Assembly: GCA_003194485.1 (NCBI GenBank)
Contig: PQXD01000011.1
Coordinates: 6,093 to 70,092, forward strand
Source of the DNA: Deltaproteobacteria bacterium
GTDB lineage: Bacteria; Desulfobacterota; Dissulfuribacteria; Dissulfuribacterales; UBA3076
Direction: 5' to 3'
DNA length: 64,000 bases
How positions within the stretch are numbered: the stretch's first letter is position 1; the number at the start of each line of letters is the position of its first letter. Positions 47,017 through 57,283 of this stretch are shown piece by piece. The translations under genes and the position numbers were made by a program. The notes beneath the pieces were generated by a model. That model was not told where the DNA came from and did not search any database. It worked only from the letters and a program-made list of their open reading frames with translations.

Positions 47017-47211
47017 GTAAATATTCGGTGAACCCGTTATATCCTGTCTTGGAGCGGTTACCTTTTTCCGGGTTTCAAAGCTCACTCATCGCAGACCGGA
47101 GAGGCAGTGCAATCCGACCCGCGATCGAAACCCTGCAAAAGGCAAACCGCTCCTGCGGCAGGGCACGGATGGCAACTTCCTCAGTGGACCACGGGTTCAC
47201 CGAATATTTAC
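47017..47211 (+). mobile_element. MITE copy H (195 bp, complete; reference copy)
   Basis: TIRs GTAAATATTCGGTGAACCCGT / ACGGGTTCACCGAATATTTAC. Perfect TSD TGTCGCGA at 47009-47016 and 47212-47219. Confidence 0.92.
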
Positions 47212-47251
47212 TGTCGCGAAACATGGAAAAATAAAAGGAGATTATACGTTA

Positions 47252-47536
47252 GTGAAGATAACTGTCTCTCAAATTGAACATATGGCCCACTTGGCACGGC
47301 TCAGCTTTAACCCATCTGAAATTGAGGACTTCAGCAAACAACTGAACGACATTTTAGGATATATAGGCAAATTAGAAGAACTGGATACCAGCCGGGTTGC
47401 ACCTGCTACTCATGCCCTGGAGTTCACGAATGCCTTTAGAAGAGATGAAGTAAAACCCTCATTGCCGGTTGAAAAAACGCTCTCTAATGCACCGGAACGG
47501 GAAAGGAGGGGGTTTGTGGTGCCAAAAATTATCTAA
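47252..47536 (+). CDS. gatC: Asp/Glu-tRNA amidotransferase subunit C
   Basis: GTG start after an AAGGAG. ..IEHMAHLARLSFNPSEIEDFSKQLNDILGYI.. Confidence 0.9.
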   Translation: MKITVSQIEHMAHLARLSFNPSEIEDFSKQLNDILGYIGKLEELDTSRVAPATHALEFTNAFRRDEVKPSLPVEKTLSNAPERERRGFVVPKII

Positions 47537-47543
47537 TTACAGC

Positions 47544-47666
47544 CCTCGTTAAGTGGTTGATTAGTTGATTCGTTAAATAGTTATTATTATATAACTTCTC
47601 AATAAGTTCGGGCAAATCATATTTTCCGACTCAACGACTCAACGACTTAACTATTTGACGATCTCT
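47544..47666. repeat. Interspersed repeat family 2, copy 2
   Basis: CCTCGTTAAGTGGTTGATTAGTTGA ... TCAACGACTCAACGACTTAACTATTTGACGATCTCT. It fills the gatC-gatA spacer. Confidence 0.7.
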
Positions 47667-47684
47667 GAATTGAGAAAGTGCAAA

Positions 47685-49148
47685 ATGCAGAATCTGATTG
47701 ATCTCAGCATACATGAACTCTGCGGTCTCCTCGGCAAGAGAGAGATTTCAGCAGTCGAGGTCACAAGGGCCTATCTGGACAGGATAGGTGAAGTTGATCC
47801 AAAAATCAGGGCCTATCTGACAGTAACTGCCGACCAGGCCCTGATGCAGGCGGAAGAAGCCGACAAGCGCCTTAAAAAGGCCTGTGATGTTACCCCTCTT
47901 ACAGGAATTCCTCTGGGCATTAAGGATGTTATCTGCACAAAAGGGGTGAAGACCACCTGTGCCTCAAAGATACTTGAAAACTTTGTGCCACCCTATAATG
48001 CAACAGTAATGGAGAGGCTCGAGGCCCATGGAGCGGTAATGCTGGGCAAATTAAACATGGATGAGTTTGCCATGGGGTCATCCACTGAGAACTCCGCCTT
48101 TCATCCTACCCGTAATCCCTGGGACCTTGAACGAATCCCCGGCGGATCAAGCGGTGGTTCGGCAGCATCTGTTGCTGCCAGGACCTGTGCAGGTTCGCTG
48201 GGCTCGGATACAGGCGGATCGATACGTCAGCCGGCCTCACACTGCGGTGTTGTAGGCATGAAACCTACCTACGGCATGGTATCAAGGTTCGGCCTTGTGG
48301 CCTTTGCCTCCTCACTTGACCAGATAGGACCCATCTCAAGGGACGTTACCGATTGCGCCCTGCTGTTAAACGCTATATCCGGCCATGATACCAGGGATTC
48401 CACTTCTGTTTCCGGAGAGGTACCTGATTATACCGGCTTCCTGATGCCGGGTCTCAAGGATTATACGTTAGGAATTCCCAGGGAATATTTTATTTCAGGT
48501 CTCGACCCGGAGGTGGAAAGGGCCGTTAGACATGCCGTTTCCGCTCTGGAATCTCATGGGGCCAGACTGGTGGAGGTAAGCCTTCCCCACACAGAGTATG
48601 CTGTTGCCGCATACTACATTATCGCTCCTGCCGAGGCCTCTTCCAATCTCTCACGTTACGACGGAGTAAAATACGGATTTCGTGCTTCTGGCTATAAAAA
48701 CCTCATGGATATGTATAAAAAGACCAGATCCCAGGGTTTCGGCCCGGAGGTCAAGAGGAGAATAATGATCGGGACCTATTCCCTTTCAGCCGGGTACTAC
48801 GACGCATATTATAGAAAGGCCTCCCAGATACGGACCCTTATCACACAGGACTTCAAAAAGGCATTTGGACAGTGTGATGTGATCGCCGCTCCTGTTGCTC
48901 CGACTCCGGCGTTCAGGCTTGGAGAGAAAGCAGGCGACCCGCTTCAGATGTACCTGTCCGACATCTTCACAATCCCGGTAAACCTGGCAGGCATCCCCGG
49001 GATTTCTGTGCCCTGCGGCTTGAGCAGCAGCGGGCTTCCCATAGGAATTCAATTAATAGCAGAACACTTTGAGGAGGCGAAGCTCCTCACTGCTGCATAT
49101 AACCTGGAGCTGGCCTTAGGCCGCCGTGAGGACTGGCCTATACCCTGA
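47685..49148 (+). CDS. gatA: Asp/Glu-tRNA amidotransferase subunit A
   Basis: Amidase signature GGSSGGSAA. The start is set to the ATG at 47685 ([12 protein letters not shown]..). The track ORF starts at a TTG inside the repeat. Confidence 0.93.
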   Translation: MQNLIDLSIHELCGLLGKREISAVEVTRAYLDRIGEVDPKIRAYLTVTADQALMQAEEADKRLKKACDVTPLTGIPLGIKDVICTKGVKTTCASKILENFVPPYNATVMERLEAHGAVMLGKLNMDEFAMGSSTENSAFHPTRNPWDLERIPGGSSGGSAASVAARTCAGSLGSDTGGSIRQPASHCGVVGMKPTYGMVSRFGLVAFASSLDQIGPISRDVTDCALLLNAISGHDTRDSTSVSGEVPDYTGFLMPGLKDYTLGIPREYFISGLDPEVERAVRHAVSALESHGARLVEVSLPHTEYAVAAYYIIAPAEASSNLSRYDGVKYGFRASGYKNLMDMYKKTRSQGFGPEVKRRIMIGTYSLSAGYYDAYYRKASQIRTLITQDFKKAFGQCDVIAAPVAPTPAFRLGEKAGDPLQMYLSDIFTIPVNLAGIPGISVPCGLSSSGLPIGIQLIAEHFEEAKLLTAAYNLELALGRREDWPIP

Positions 49149-49962
49149 CATTCCCCCCCCTGGCCCGCCAGATGATTATTCCAAGCGCAAGGAGTGCCAG
49201 GCTCAACAACTGCCCCATGGTTACCCAGTTCAAAAAGACATAGCCCAGCTGTGGATCCGGTTCCCGAAAGAATTCGACTGCTATGCGGCATACGGCATAG
49301 AGGACCAGAAAAAGTGCCAGCTTTCTCCCATATGGCCAGGCCCTATGGCGAAGGGTCCACAGGATAATAAAGAGCAAAAGCCCCTCCAGCAGGGCCTCGT
49401 AAAGCTGAGACGGGTGCCGTGGCACCGGCCCTCCTCGCGGAAAGACCATGGCCCACGGCACATCTGCGGGACGGCCGAACAGCTCTCCATTAATAAAATT
49501 CCCTATACGTCCCATACCGAGGCCCACCGGCGCTGTGACCGCAAAGCGATCAGACCACTTCCAGAAATCCAGATCATGTCTCTTGCAATATATCCATCCG
49601 AAAAAAACAACTCCTGCCACTCCTCCATGAAAGGACATGCCTCCGTGCCACACGGCAAATATCTCTGAAGGATACTCAAGATAGTAGGAAAGGTTGTAGA
49701 ATAGTACATAGCCCAATCTGGCTCCCAAGATGATTCCTAAAATCAGAGAAAATAGGATCCCCTCCAGTTGACTCAATTGAGATGCTACGGAAGACCCCTC
49801 ATATCTGGATACGGAGAGGGTGTTTCGACACTCCTCAATAATCTGCTTTCGCACCAGCAGGTAAGAGGCCCCGAAACCGAGCAGGTACATAAGACCATAC
49901 CAGTGGATACCTAAGGGACCAATACGGATTATTACCGGATCAATATCCGGAAAAGCAAGCAT
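49138..49962 (-). CDS. lgt: Prolipoprotein diacylglyceryl transferase
   Basis: ..[12 protein letters not shown].. and ..HGGMSFHGG.. 274 aa. Confidence 0.92.
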   Translation of the reverse strand: MLAFPDIDPVIIRIGPLGIHWYGLMYLLGFGASYLLVRKQIIEECRNTLSVSRYEGSSVASQLSQLEGILFSLILGIILGARLGYVLFYNLSYYLEYPSEIFAVWHGGMSFHGGVAGVVFFGWIYCKRHDLDFWKWSDRFAVTAPVGLGMGRIGNFINGELFGRPADVPWAMVFPRGGPVPRHPSQLYEALLEGLLLFIILWTLRHRAWPYGRKLALFLVLYAVCRIAVEFFREPDPQLGYVFLNWVTMGQLLSLALLALGIIIWRARGGNVRV

Positions 49963-49967
49963 TGATC

Positions 49968-50405
49968 CTATTGTCTCCCCTTGCGATCGCTTAGAGCAAT
50001 GACCCTTGATCCGCCAGTGGGCTCAGGCCGGTCCGGTCCCTGGTCTTTTGTGGTTTTCCCGACTGAGGTAACATCCCGCTTGAGTAATACAGACTCCAGC
50101 AGATCATGATACTGCTGAATCAGCTTGGGATTAATGTCTGACTCCAGGACAAAAAAGGATACCCGGCTCCGTTGTATCCGAATAGAGGATACAGTCATGG
50201 CTGTGAGAACATGGGGGCGGACAACAGGACCGCGCTCCTGATCATATAACACGGCACACGGGAAGTAGAGATCAAAAAAGGCCGCCTTTTCCAGGGCAAA
50301 GAGAACGGTCTCGGTCTGGCGGTTGTATCTGATTTCGCCTAATATCAACCCAAGCCCATCTACTTCTATCAAGACCAGCTCTTTGGCATTTTGACGCAAC
50401 TTCAT
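49968..50405 (-). CDS. Hypothetical protein
   Basis: 145-aa ORF tightly packed between pcnB (4-nt overlap) and lgt (5-nt gap). Confidence 0.55.
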   Translation of the reverse strand: MKLRQNAKELVLIEVDGLGLILGEIRYNRQTETVLFALEKAAFFDLYFPCAVLYDQERGPVVRPHVLTAMTVSSIRIQRSRVSFFVLESDINPKLIQQYHDLLESVLLKRDVTSVGKTTKDQGPDRPEPTGGSRVIALSDRKGRQ

Positions 50406-51817
50406 ACGCGGACCTCCTCAGATTCTGAAATTAAACGCCTGACACGCTGAGAACGTCTCTTCCTTTTGCCGGATTTCTTTAAAGGCTTTGGCCCCGGGCG
50501 GAGATGCGGGTCAGGACCAATGACCGGTTGCCCCAAGACCTCCTGTACTAAATCATAAAGCATGACAGATTCCCGGAACGCGGCTTTGTTCCAGACACGC
50601 TTAAACCACTTGCCCTTTGCAAGACATATGGAGATATTCCACTGACTGGACAGGATCTGAACCGCCACGTCTCTTACTGACCTCCTGAAGTCATACGGAA
50701 GGAAAATCTCGCTCAACATGGATCTCACTTCGTAAGTAGGCCACTTCAGACGCCCGACCTTTAAAGCCTGCCACTCCGGTGTTACACATAGCCGGGGGTA
50801 TGCAAAAAGGGCCAGCATAAGGGCATCACTGACTTCGGCACCGTCATTTACCATGCGATCAAGATGGCCCAAAAGCCCGAAAAGCAGCTTCCGAACCAGG
50901 CCCTTATCCTCACTCTCAAGGGCGGAAACATAACCAGGAAAGACCGAGCCAAACAGTCCGCTCTTAATCATAAGCTCGGCCCATGGCCTGCTGTATCCGG
51001 AACGTAAATCCTTTAGCCACTCTTCCCTTACCCTCGAAATTGCACAGAGACGAATTTTATCGCTGTGCTTCAGCAGGCCCTCCCATGTATTAGCCTCAAT
51101 CGTAAAACCTGTCCTGGCCGCGTGCCTTACAGCACGCATCATCCTTACGGGGTCCTTCAGGTACCTGTGTTCCGGATCGTCACCTATGACCCTGATGATT
51201 CCCTGTTTTAGGTCTGCCATGCCCCCTACGTAATCAATTATACTGAAGTCCGCTATATTGTAGAAAAGCCCATTGATGCTGAGATCTCTGCGAAAGGCAT
51301 CCTCCCTGGGAGATCCGAAGATATTGGCATCCCCGATCCCGTTGCCCGCGGCTTCCCGGTCATCGTGTTCACTCCGGCATCTGAAGGTTGACACCTCAAT
51401 TATTTTGCCGCCCCGAAAATATACGTGGACCAGTCTGAAACGCCGGCCTATGATCCGGCTGTGGCGGAAGAGCTTTTTCAATTCCTCCGGCCTGGCGTTG
51501 GTTCCGATATCAAAATCCTTCGGACGCTTGCCAAGAAGCAAGTCCCTTACACTCCCGCCGACAAGATAGGCCATGTAGCCATTATCCTTCAGGCAGTAAA
51601 GGACCTTCAATGCCTCCCTATCTATATCTTTCCTGCTGATGCAGTGTTCCGGGCGGGGAATTATCCTGGGATGGAGTCCTGGACTCCCGAACAGATCGGC
51701 CTGCTCGGCAGGTAACCGTTGGGCCGGCTGTACAGGCGCAGGGGATCTTTTTTTGTAGAACTTCTTTTTGCGCCTGTATTTATTGGCTTTTGATGAAGAT
51801 GTTGTCATAAATGACAC
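50402..51817 (-). CDS. pcnB: Poly(A) polymerase / tRNA nucleotidyltransferase-family protein
   Basis: ..AYLVGGSVRDLLLGKRPKDFDI.. and ..RRDLSINGLFY.. with a basic N-terminus. Confidence 0.85.
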   Translation of the reverse strand: MSFMTTSSSKANKYRRKKKFYKKRSPAPVQPAQRLPAEQADLFGSPGLHPRIIPRPEHCISRKDIDREALKVLYCLKDNGYMAYLVGGSVRDLLLGKRPKDFDIGTNARPEELKKLFRHSRIIGRRFRLVHVYFRGGKIIEVSTFRCRSEHDDREAAGNGIGDANIFGSPREDAFRRDLSINGLFYNIADFSIIDYVGGMADLKQGIIRVIGDDPEHRYLKDPVRMMRAVRHAARTGFTIEANTWEGLLKHSDKIRLCAISRVREEWLKDLRSGYSRPWAELMIKSGLFGSVFPGYVSALESEDKGLVRKLLFGLLGHLDRMVNDGAEVSDALMLALFAYPRLCVTPEWQALKVGRLKWPTYEVRSMLSEIFLPYDFRRSVRDVAVQILSSQWNISICLAKGKWFKRVWNKAAFRESVMLYDLVQEVLGQPVIGPDPHLRPGPKPLKKSGKRKRRSQRVRRLISESEEVRV

Positions 51818-51840
51818 AAGACCTTTTCAAAGTTTTTTCC

Positions 51841-52638
51841 TTAAGAGCTAAGCCTCTCATGTATCAATTCAGCCACCTTTTCACCGGACAATAGCATGCC
51901 CCCGAAAATCGGCCCCATACGAAACGAACCAAAGGCGGCGTTAGCTGCCATGCCGGCGACAAAGACGCCCGGATAGGCCTCCCTGGTATTTTCCAGCGTG
52001 GTATTCTCGGCAACCTCTGCCCACATGGAGCGCTCCCCCATTATTTCCCCGGTATCCGTGAGAAGCCTGGTGCTTGTTTTATTCTGTATTACTTTGAGGA
52101 CCTCTGTGTCATGACCGGTGCTCTCTACAACATATCCGGACCTGACAGCCATGGGGTCCACGTGGAATCCTGCCATATCCACGGCAGTCCAATTGATTAC
52201 GAGTCCTGTGACCCTGTTCTCCCTGACCATTACGTCTTCTACACTCATCAGATTGAAGATTCTGGCACCGGCCTTACAGGCAAGACTGGTTAATGTTGAA
52301 GTGCACTCTACGGAGTCGGCCGTGTAATATCCGTCTCCTGCATCCTCTATGGAGATGCCGAGGTCCCTGAGGATTACAGCCCCTTGCTCTTGAACTACTA
52401 TTTCGTTGAACATCATGCCGCCGCCCCACATTCCTCCACCAATACTGAGTTTCCTCTCAAATACAGCCACCTTATGTCCCTTCCGGGCCAGACACAGGGC
52501 TGCCATCAGGCCCGATGGGCCCGCGCCGACAATCGCGACATCCAGTTCAAGACAGTCAGAAAATTTGGCCATAAAACGGCTCAATATAGCGCGGCTGATC
52601 TTAATTTCATCCAAAGACATTATATTGTGATCCTCCAT
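51841..52638 (-). CDS. thi4: Thi4-type thiazole synthase
   Basis: ..[31 protein letters not shown].. Confidence 0.88.
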   Translation of the reverse strand: MEDHNIMSLDEIKISRAILSRFMAKFSDCLELDVAIVGAGPSGLMAALCLARKGHKVAVFERKLSIGGGMWGGGMMFNEIVVQEQGAVILRDLGISIEDAGDGYYTADSVECTSTLTSLACKAGARIFNLMSVEDVMVRENRVTGLVINWTAVDMAGFHVDPMAVRSGYVVESTGHDTEVLKVIQNKTSTRLLTDTGEIMGERSMWAEVAENTTLENTREAYPGVFVAGMAANAAFGSFRMGPIFGGMLLSGEKVAELIHERLSS

Positions 52639-52931
52639 GAACTTATTTACCAGGGCACATTACTGTAATACGGCAAATATTCAACTTTGGTGTATGCCCC
52701 ACGGTTTTTTGCCCTGAGTGTATAGATCGCAAGAACAGCTTGGTAAGTCGGGTTGGACTCTTTGCCAAGGATATTGATTATATGATATTATAATTTTTAA
52801 ATTTTAAAAGTGCGGAAGCTACTTATCAGGACTTTTTTGCTTTGATTCATCCGTCTTGGGTAACGTATATTTTCAATGGTCGTCAAGTAAACGGTTTTTT
52901 TTGGATAAACTTATCCGGAAAGGAGTAAAGA

Positions 52932-53945
52932 ATGAAAGGGCTAGGCATCACTGTTACTGAACATCTGTTGATTCACCAGAAAGAATCCCCTGCAGCCACA
53001 GGCCGGCTGACAAGACTCCTGCAGGAGCTTATTTTCGCGGCAAAAATTATATCCCGAGAAGTCAACAAGGCAGGGCTTGTGGACATCCTGGGTCTCACAG
53101 GTGATATCAATATACAGGGGGAACGGGTACGCAAGCTGGATGATTTTTCAAACCACGTAATTATTTACAGGATGGAGCGTGCCGGCGTGATATGTGCCAT
53201 GGCCTCCGAAGAAAACGCCGATATCATACCGGTCCCGGAAGACATGCCCAAGGAAGACTACATCCTGATCTTCGATCCCCTGGATGGCTCATCCAACATA
53301 GACGTAAATGTCAACATCGGCACGATCTTCTCAATCCATCGAAAGGTAAGTGACAGGCCCTATGTCACCCTTGATGATTTCCTCCGCCGCGGGTCGGAGC
53401 AGGTGGCGGCAGGCTACTTCGTTTACGGGCCCAGCACAATGCTGGTCTATACGACAGGCAAGGGCGTAAATGGCTTTACCCTTGACCCGTCAGTAGGAGA
53501 ATTCCTCCTCTCTCACCAGAATATCACGATCCCTGAAAGGGGAAAAGTCTATTCTGTCAATGAGGCATATACCTGTTACTGGGACGAGAGAACGAAAAAG
53601 GTGGTGGATTACTTCAAGAGCCCTGAAAATGAGAGGGGAAAGCCTTACGCAGCCAGGTATATAGGTTCCTTTGTGGCCGACTTTCACAGAAACCTCCTCT
53701 ACGGCGGTATATTCATATACCCGGCTGACAAGAAAGACCCTGCAAAGCCGAGGGGCAAGCTGCGCCTTTTGTGCGAGGTTGCCCCCATGGCCTTTATATT
53801 GGAGCAGGCGGGCGGGGCTGCCACAGATGGCGAACAGAATATTCTGGACATAAAGCCCTCAGCCCTCCATGAGAGGGTGCCGGTTTTTATTGGCAGCAAA
53901 CTGGATGTAGAAAAGGCTACCAGCATCATGCAAGGCAAGGCTTAG
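52932..53945 (+). CDS. fbp: Class 1 fructose-1,6-bisphosphatase
   Basis: ..[12 protein letters not shown].. and ..[21 protein letters not shown].. Confidence 0.93.
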   Translation: MKGLGITVTEHLLIHQKESPAATGRLTRLLQELIFAAKIISREVNKAGLVDILGLTGDINIQGERVRKLDDFSNHVIIYRMERAGVICAMASEENADIIPVPEDMPKEDYILIFDPLDGSSNIDVNVNIGTIFSIHRKVSDRPYVTLDDFLRRGSEQVAAGYFVYGPSTMLVYTTGKGVNGFTLDPSVGEFLLSHQNITIPERGKVYSVNEAYTCYWDERTKKVVDYFKSPENERGKPYAARYIGSFVADFHRNLLYGGIFIYPADKKDPAKPRGKLRLLCEVAPMAFILEQAGGAATDGEQNILDIKPSALHERVPVFIGSKLDVEKATSIMQGKA

Positions 53946-54034
53946 AGGCCGCCTGAAAAAATACCAACCCCTTGCCTTGAGATGAGAAAATGACCATATT
54001 AAAAAAATAATTCTACGGAGGATCTTTAAACATC

Positions 54035-54904
54035 ATGTATAATATGTTTAAGACGTTCATTTTTTTAGCCGCCCTTACGGCTCTCTTCCTGTTCGTCGGA
54101 GGGGCACTGGGCGGCCGCTCAGGCATGACAGTGGCCCTGGTGATGGCTGCCGTGATGAACTTCTTTGCCTACTGGTACAGTGACAAGCTTGCACTTAAAA
54201 TGAGCGGAGCCAGAGAGGTCTCTGAGGCGGAGATCCCGCAGCTCCATTCCATAGTGGCAGGGCTTGCACAGAGGGCCGGGATACCTAAGCCGAGGGTTTA
54301 CGTCATTGCCCAGCAGACCCCTAATGCCTTTGCCACTGGGCGGAACCCGGATCACGCTGCGGTCGCGGTCACAGAGGGTATCCTGCAACTTCTCAACCGC
54401 GAAGAACTGGAAGGGGTCCTGGCACACGAATTCGCCCATATACGTAACAGGGATATACTGATAAGCTCCGTAGCTGCTGTCATAGCGGGTGCCATAAGCT
54501 ATATCGCCACTATGGCCCAGTGGGCCATGTTGTTCGGGGGCTTTGGCAGTTCCGATGACGATGATGGCGGCGGAATCGGTCTGGCAGGGGGGCTGATCAT
54601 GATGATCATAGCGCCCATAGCTGCCGGCCTCATTCAGATGGCCATATCCAGGAGCAGGGAGTTTCAGGCCGATGCCACGGGGGCAAAAATATGTAACCGT
54701 CCGATGTCCCTGGCCAGTGCCCTCAAAAAACTGGATGAATGGAATCACCGTGTACCTATGGAGGTAAACCCGGCAACTGCGCAGATGTATATAGTCAATC
54801 CTCTCACATCCGCATCGGTTGCAAAGCTGTTCAGCACCCACCCTCCCATCCAGGAACGTATACGCAGGCTTTATTCCATGGCCGGACGCCGGGAAGGGAC
54901 ATAA
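54035..54904 (+). CDS. htpX: Zinc metalloprotease HtpX
   Basis: The HEFAH motif, 4 TM segments, and ..[10 protein letters not shown].. Confidence 0.93.
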   Translation: MYNMFKTFIFLAALTALFLFVGGALGGRSGMTVALVMAAVMNFFAYWYSDKLALKMSGAREVSEAEIPQLHSIVAGLAQRAGIPKPRVYVIAQQTPNAFATGRNPDHAAVAVTEGILQLLNREELEGVLAHEFAHIRNRDILISSVAAVIAGAISYIATMAQWAMLFGGFGSSDDDDGGGIGLAGGLIMMIIAPIAAGLIQMAISRSREFQADATGAKICNRPMSLASALKKLDEWNHRVPMEVNPATAQMYIVNPLTSASVAKLFSTHPPIQERIRRLYSMAGRREGT

Positions 54905-54922
54905 GAATATGGAAACCAGCGG

Positions 54923-55840
54923 GTGAACTGGTTTCCCGCAGCCCTCTTGACTGCTTTGGCCACTGCCACAGGGGATACTATCCTGAAGGCCCGGTTTGCT
55001 CATCTGTCCCCAGGTGGTATGGCCATAGTGAGATCCGCCGCCCCCATGCCCTTTTTGCTGCCCTTGCTTTTCGTGATATCCTGGCCGGAGACCGACCCGG
55101 TTTTCTGGCAGACCGTGGGCCTTCTGGTCCCTTTTGAGATACTTGCCTTGCTTCTGTATATGCAGGCACTCAGGGTCTCTCCGCTGTCCCTCAGCATACC
55201 CTTCCTCGCCTTCACCCCTGTATTTATTGTATTGACCGGCTGGCTGATTCTGGATGAAAAGGTCACCTTGGCAGGACTCATGGGTATACTGTGTACTGTA
55301 ACCGGTGCCTATGTACTCCATATCAAAGCCAGCAGAAAGGGGTTTCTTGAACCGTTAAGGGCCATTGCCAGAGAGCAGGGCTCAAGGCTTATGCTGGTAG
55401 TCGCCGGGATATACAGCCTTACTTCCGTACTGGGGAAAAAAGCGATTCAACACTCTAGTCCGGTATTCTTTGCCTGTTTTTATTTTGTATTATTGGGAAT
55501 GCTCACTCCGTTGTGCATCTGGGCGCTATACCGCATAACCAATGGGTTTTCTGCAAATAATAAGCAATCACGTCCTCTGTGGCCTTTTCAAAAAAAGGCC
55601 GGTCCGAATCCATGGGGCGCCTGGTGGGCGGTCGGCCTTGCCCAAACCATAATGGTGCTCAGCCACATGTGGGCAATTCATCTGATCACAGCGGCATATA
55701 TGATTGCTGTAAAAAGGACCAGTCTGATCTTCAGCGTCATTTACGGAAAGCTTATATTCAAAGAGAAAGAGATCCCCCAACGCTTAGCCGGAGCAAGTCT
55801 AATGGTGCTGGGTGTCGGGCTCATAATTCTGGCAGGTTAA
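54923..55840 (+). CDS. EamA/DMT-family transporter
   Basis: 305 aa with ~10 hydrophobic segments arranged as two EamA-like halves. GTG start. Confidence 0.75.
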   Translation: MNWFPAALLTALATATGDTILKARFAHLSPGGMAIVRSAAPMPFLLPLLFVISWPETDPVFWQTVGLLVPFEILALLLYMQALRVSPLSLSIPFLAFTPVFIVLTGWLILDEKVTLAGLMGILCTVTGAYVLHIKASRKGFLEPLRAIAREQGSRLMLVVAGIYSLTSVLGKKAIQHSSPVFFACFYFVLLGMLTPLCIWALYRITNGFSANNKQSRPLWPFQKKAGPNPWGAWWAVGLAQTIMVLSHMWAIHLITAAYMIAVKRTSLIFSVIYGKLIFKEKEIPQRLAGASLMVLGVGLIILAG

Positions 55841-55842
55841 CA

Positions 55843-56664
55843 ATGAAAAACACGGATAAACAGTCTTGGCTTGATGAACGGAAAGACCTTTTTGTGAAGA
55901 ATGTATTGAGAGACTTTATCAATTCATATGCTTTTTTCCTGAATATCGAAAAAAAATTCAAGGAAAAAGGTATATCCTATGAAGGTCTGGACAATTGGGT
56001 GGGCACACAGACAGACCGGGGGATGCTGTGGATATTAAAGGACAACTGCCACCGCCTCTGGAAAGATATTGACTCCGGCAGTCAACCAGAACCTTTTTTC
56101 TTCGACTGGATGGTCGGGGCGATATTCCATGAGGCCATGAAGCTGAAGGAAAATATCTACATGGCAGATCGTTATCATCCCGCCTTTCAGGTTGTGTCGA
56201 CCGCCACCAGCGCTCACAGCTGCCGGCAATTCTTTAAAGAGACACTGGAAGACATACAACGGGGAATGAATAGGCTTGGAGAGCTTTTCATGTATGCTGC
56301 CGAGCACCTGAAATCACTGCTCTTGACAGAGCGAGACAATTCCTTACTGGTACGATTTATGCTCGAAAATAAGTCAGAAATAGACAAGCTCTGGCAAAAA
56401 AGCGGCGGGCTGGATCAGATGCTCCATACCATGTTTCCTGAAGGCCTTGACGAGGCCTACTGCATGGCAGGGGAAAATTACATGGAAGGCAGCTGGTACG
56501 CAGAAGCCCGGATGGCCTTTCTTGAGGCACTTAAGATAAATCCGGAATGCAAAAAGGCAAAATCAGGACTGGGAATACTGGAAAAGCGCCTTGAGGAATT
56601 ATCTCATATGTTGGAGATGGAATATACTTTGGCAAATTCGAATCAAGGCCTGGACCAGATGTAA
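55843..56664 (+). CDS. Hypothetical protein with a TPR-like C-terminus
   Basis: The ATG at 55843 lies 2 nt after the transporter stop. The track ORF's 88-aa N-terminal extension only overlaps the transporter gene. Confidence 0.55.
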   Translation: MKNTDKQSWLDERKDLFVKNVLRDFINSYAFFLNIEKKFKEKGISYEGLDNWVGTQTDRGMLWILKDNCHRLWKDIDSGSQPEPFFFDWMVGAIFHEAMKLKENIYMADRYHPAFQVVSTATSAHSCRQFFKETLEDIQRGMNRLGELFMYAAEHLKSLLLTERDNSLLVRFMLENKSEIDKLWQKSGGLDQMLHTMFPEGLDEAYCMAGENYMEGSWYAEARMAFLEALKINPECKKAKSGLGILEKRLEELSHMLEMEYTLANSNQGLDQM

Positions 56665-56688
56665 TGGCTGCAAAATCGGAATATAGAA

Positions 56689-56762
<74 letters not shown>

Positions 56763-56892
56763 GATGAGCTGATAGGAATCGCTTTTTGCGATTTGGGCCG
56801 AAGAGGCACTCCCAAGCACCACACACTGATTTCTATAGCATTATTGGAAACTCCGGGTCAAGAAAAAAGTAAGGAATATCTGCAGTGTCTGT

Positions 56893-57063
56893 GTAAATAT
56901 CCGGTGAACCCGTTATATCCTGCCTTGAAGCGGTTACCTTTTTCCGGGTTTCAAAGCTCACTCATTGCGGACCGGAGAGGCAGTGCAATCCGGCCCGCGA
57001 TCGAAACCCTGCAAAAGGCAAACCGCTCCTGCGGCAGGGCACGGATGGCAACCTCCACAGTGG
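56893..57063 (+). mobile_element. MITE copy I (right end decayed or truncated)
   Basis: The left TIR and body are intact up to ..CCACAGTGG. The following sequence is only vaguely TIR-like up to ~57108. No TSD. Confidence 0.8.
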
Positions 57064-57227
57064 GCTACCGATTCCGGCATCAGGCGGGATTTGGCGATAT
57101 TATTAAACAGGGCATGCGAAAAAAATCAAAAAAAAATCCGTTAAAAGATTAAAGTATGTATAATGTTTTGCCGAAAAATAAAATACCTCCTTAGAATGGC
57201 TTCTCAAAGCCCTTCTTCTCCTCTTGT

Positions 57228-57266
57228 AGGGCCCTGGCTTAAACAGGTCAGGGCCTTCTTTTCTTT
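57228..57266 (+). terminator. Plus-strand-oriented rho-independent terminator with no annotated plus-strand gene
   Basis: AGGGCCCTG-12 nt-CAGGGCCT followed by TCTTTTCTTT. Confidence 0.4.
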
Positions 57267-57283
57267 ATGTCAGCACATCAGCC

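Noticed and set aside
52639-52931. A TPP riboswitch upstream of thi4.
   Set aside because: I read both strands of the thi4-fbp spacer. I found no CUGAGA...ACCUGAUCUGGAUAAUGCCAGCG-type core, so no riboswitch is called.
54119-55321. 400-aa ORF on the minus strand.
   Set aside because: It is antisense to htpX (HEFAH motif, clear homology) and the EamA transporter. Its composition is low-complexity and Gly/Pro/His-rich. It is a shadow ORF.
55579-55842. The 88-aa N-terminal extension of the 361-aa track ORF.
   Set aside because: The extension overlaps the 3' end of the EamA transporter gene in another frame. An ATG at 55843, immediately after the transporter stop, gives a compact gene.
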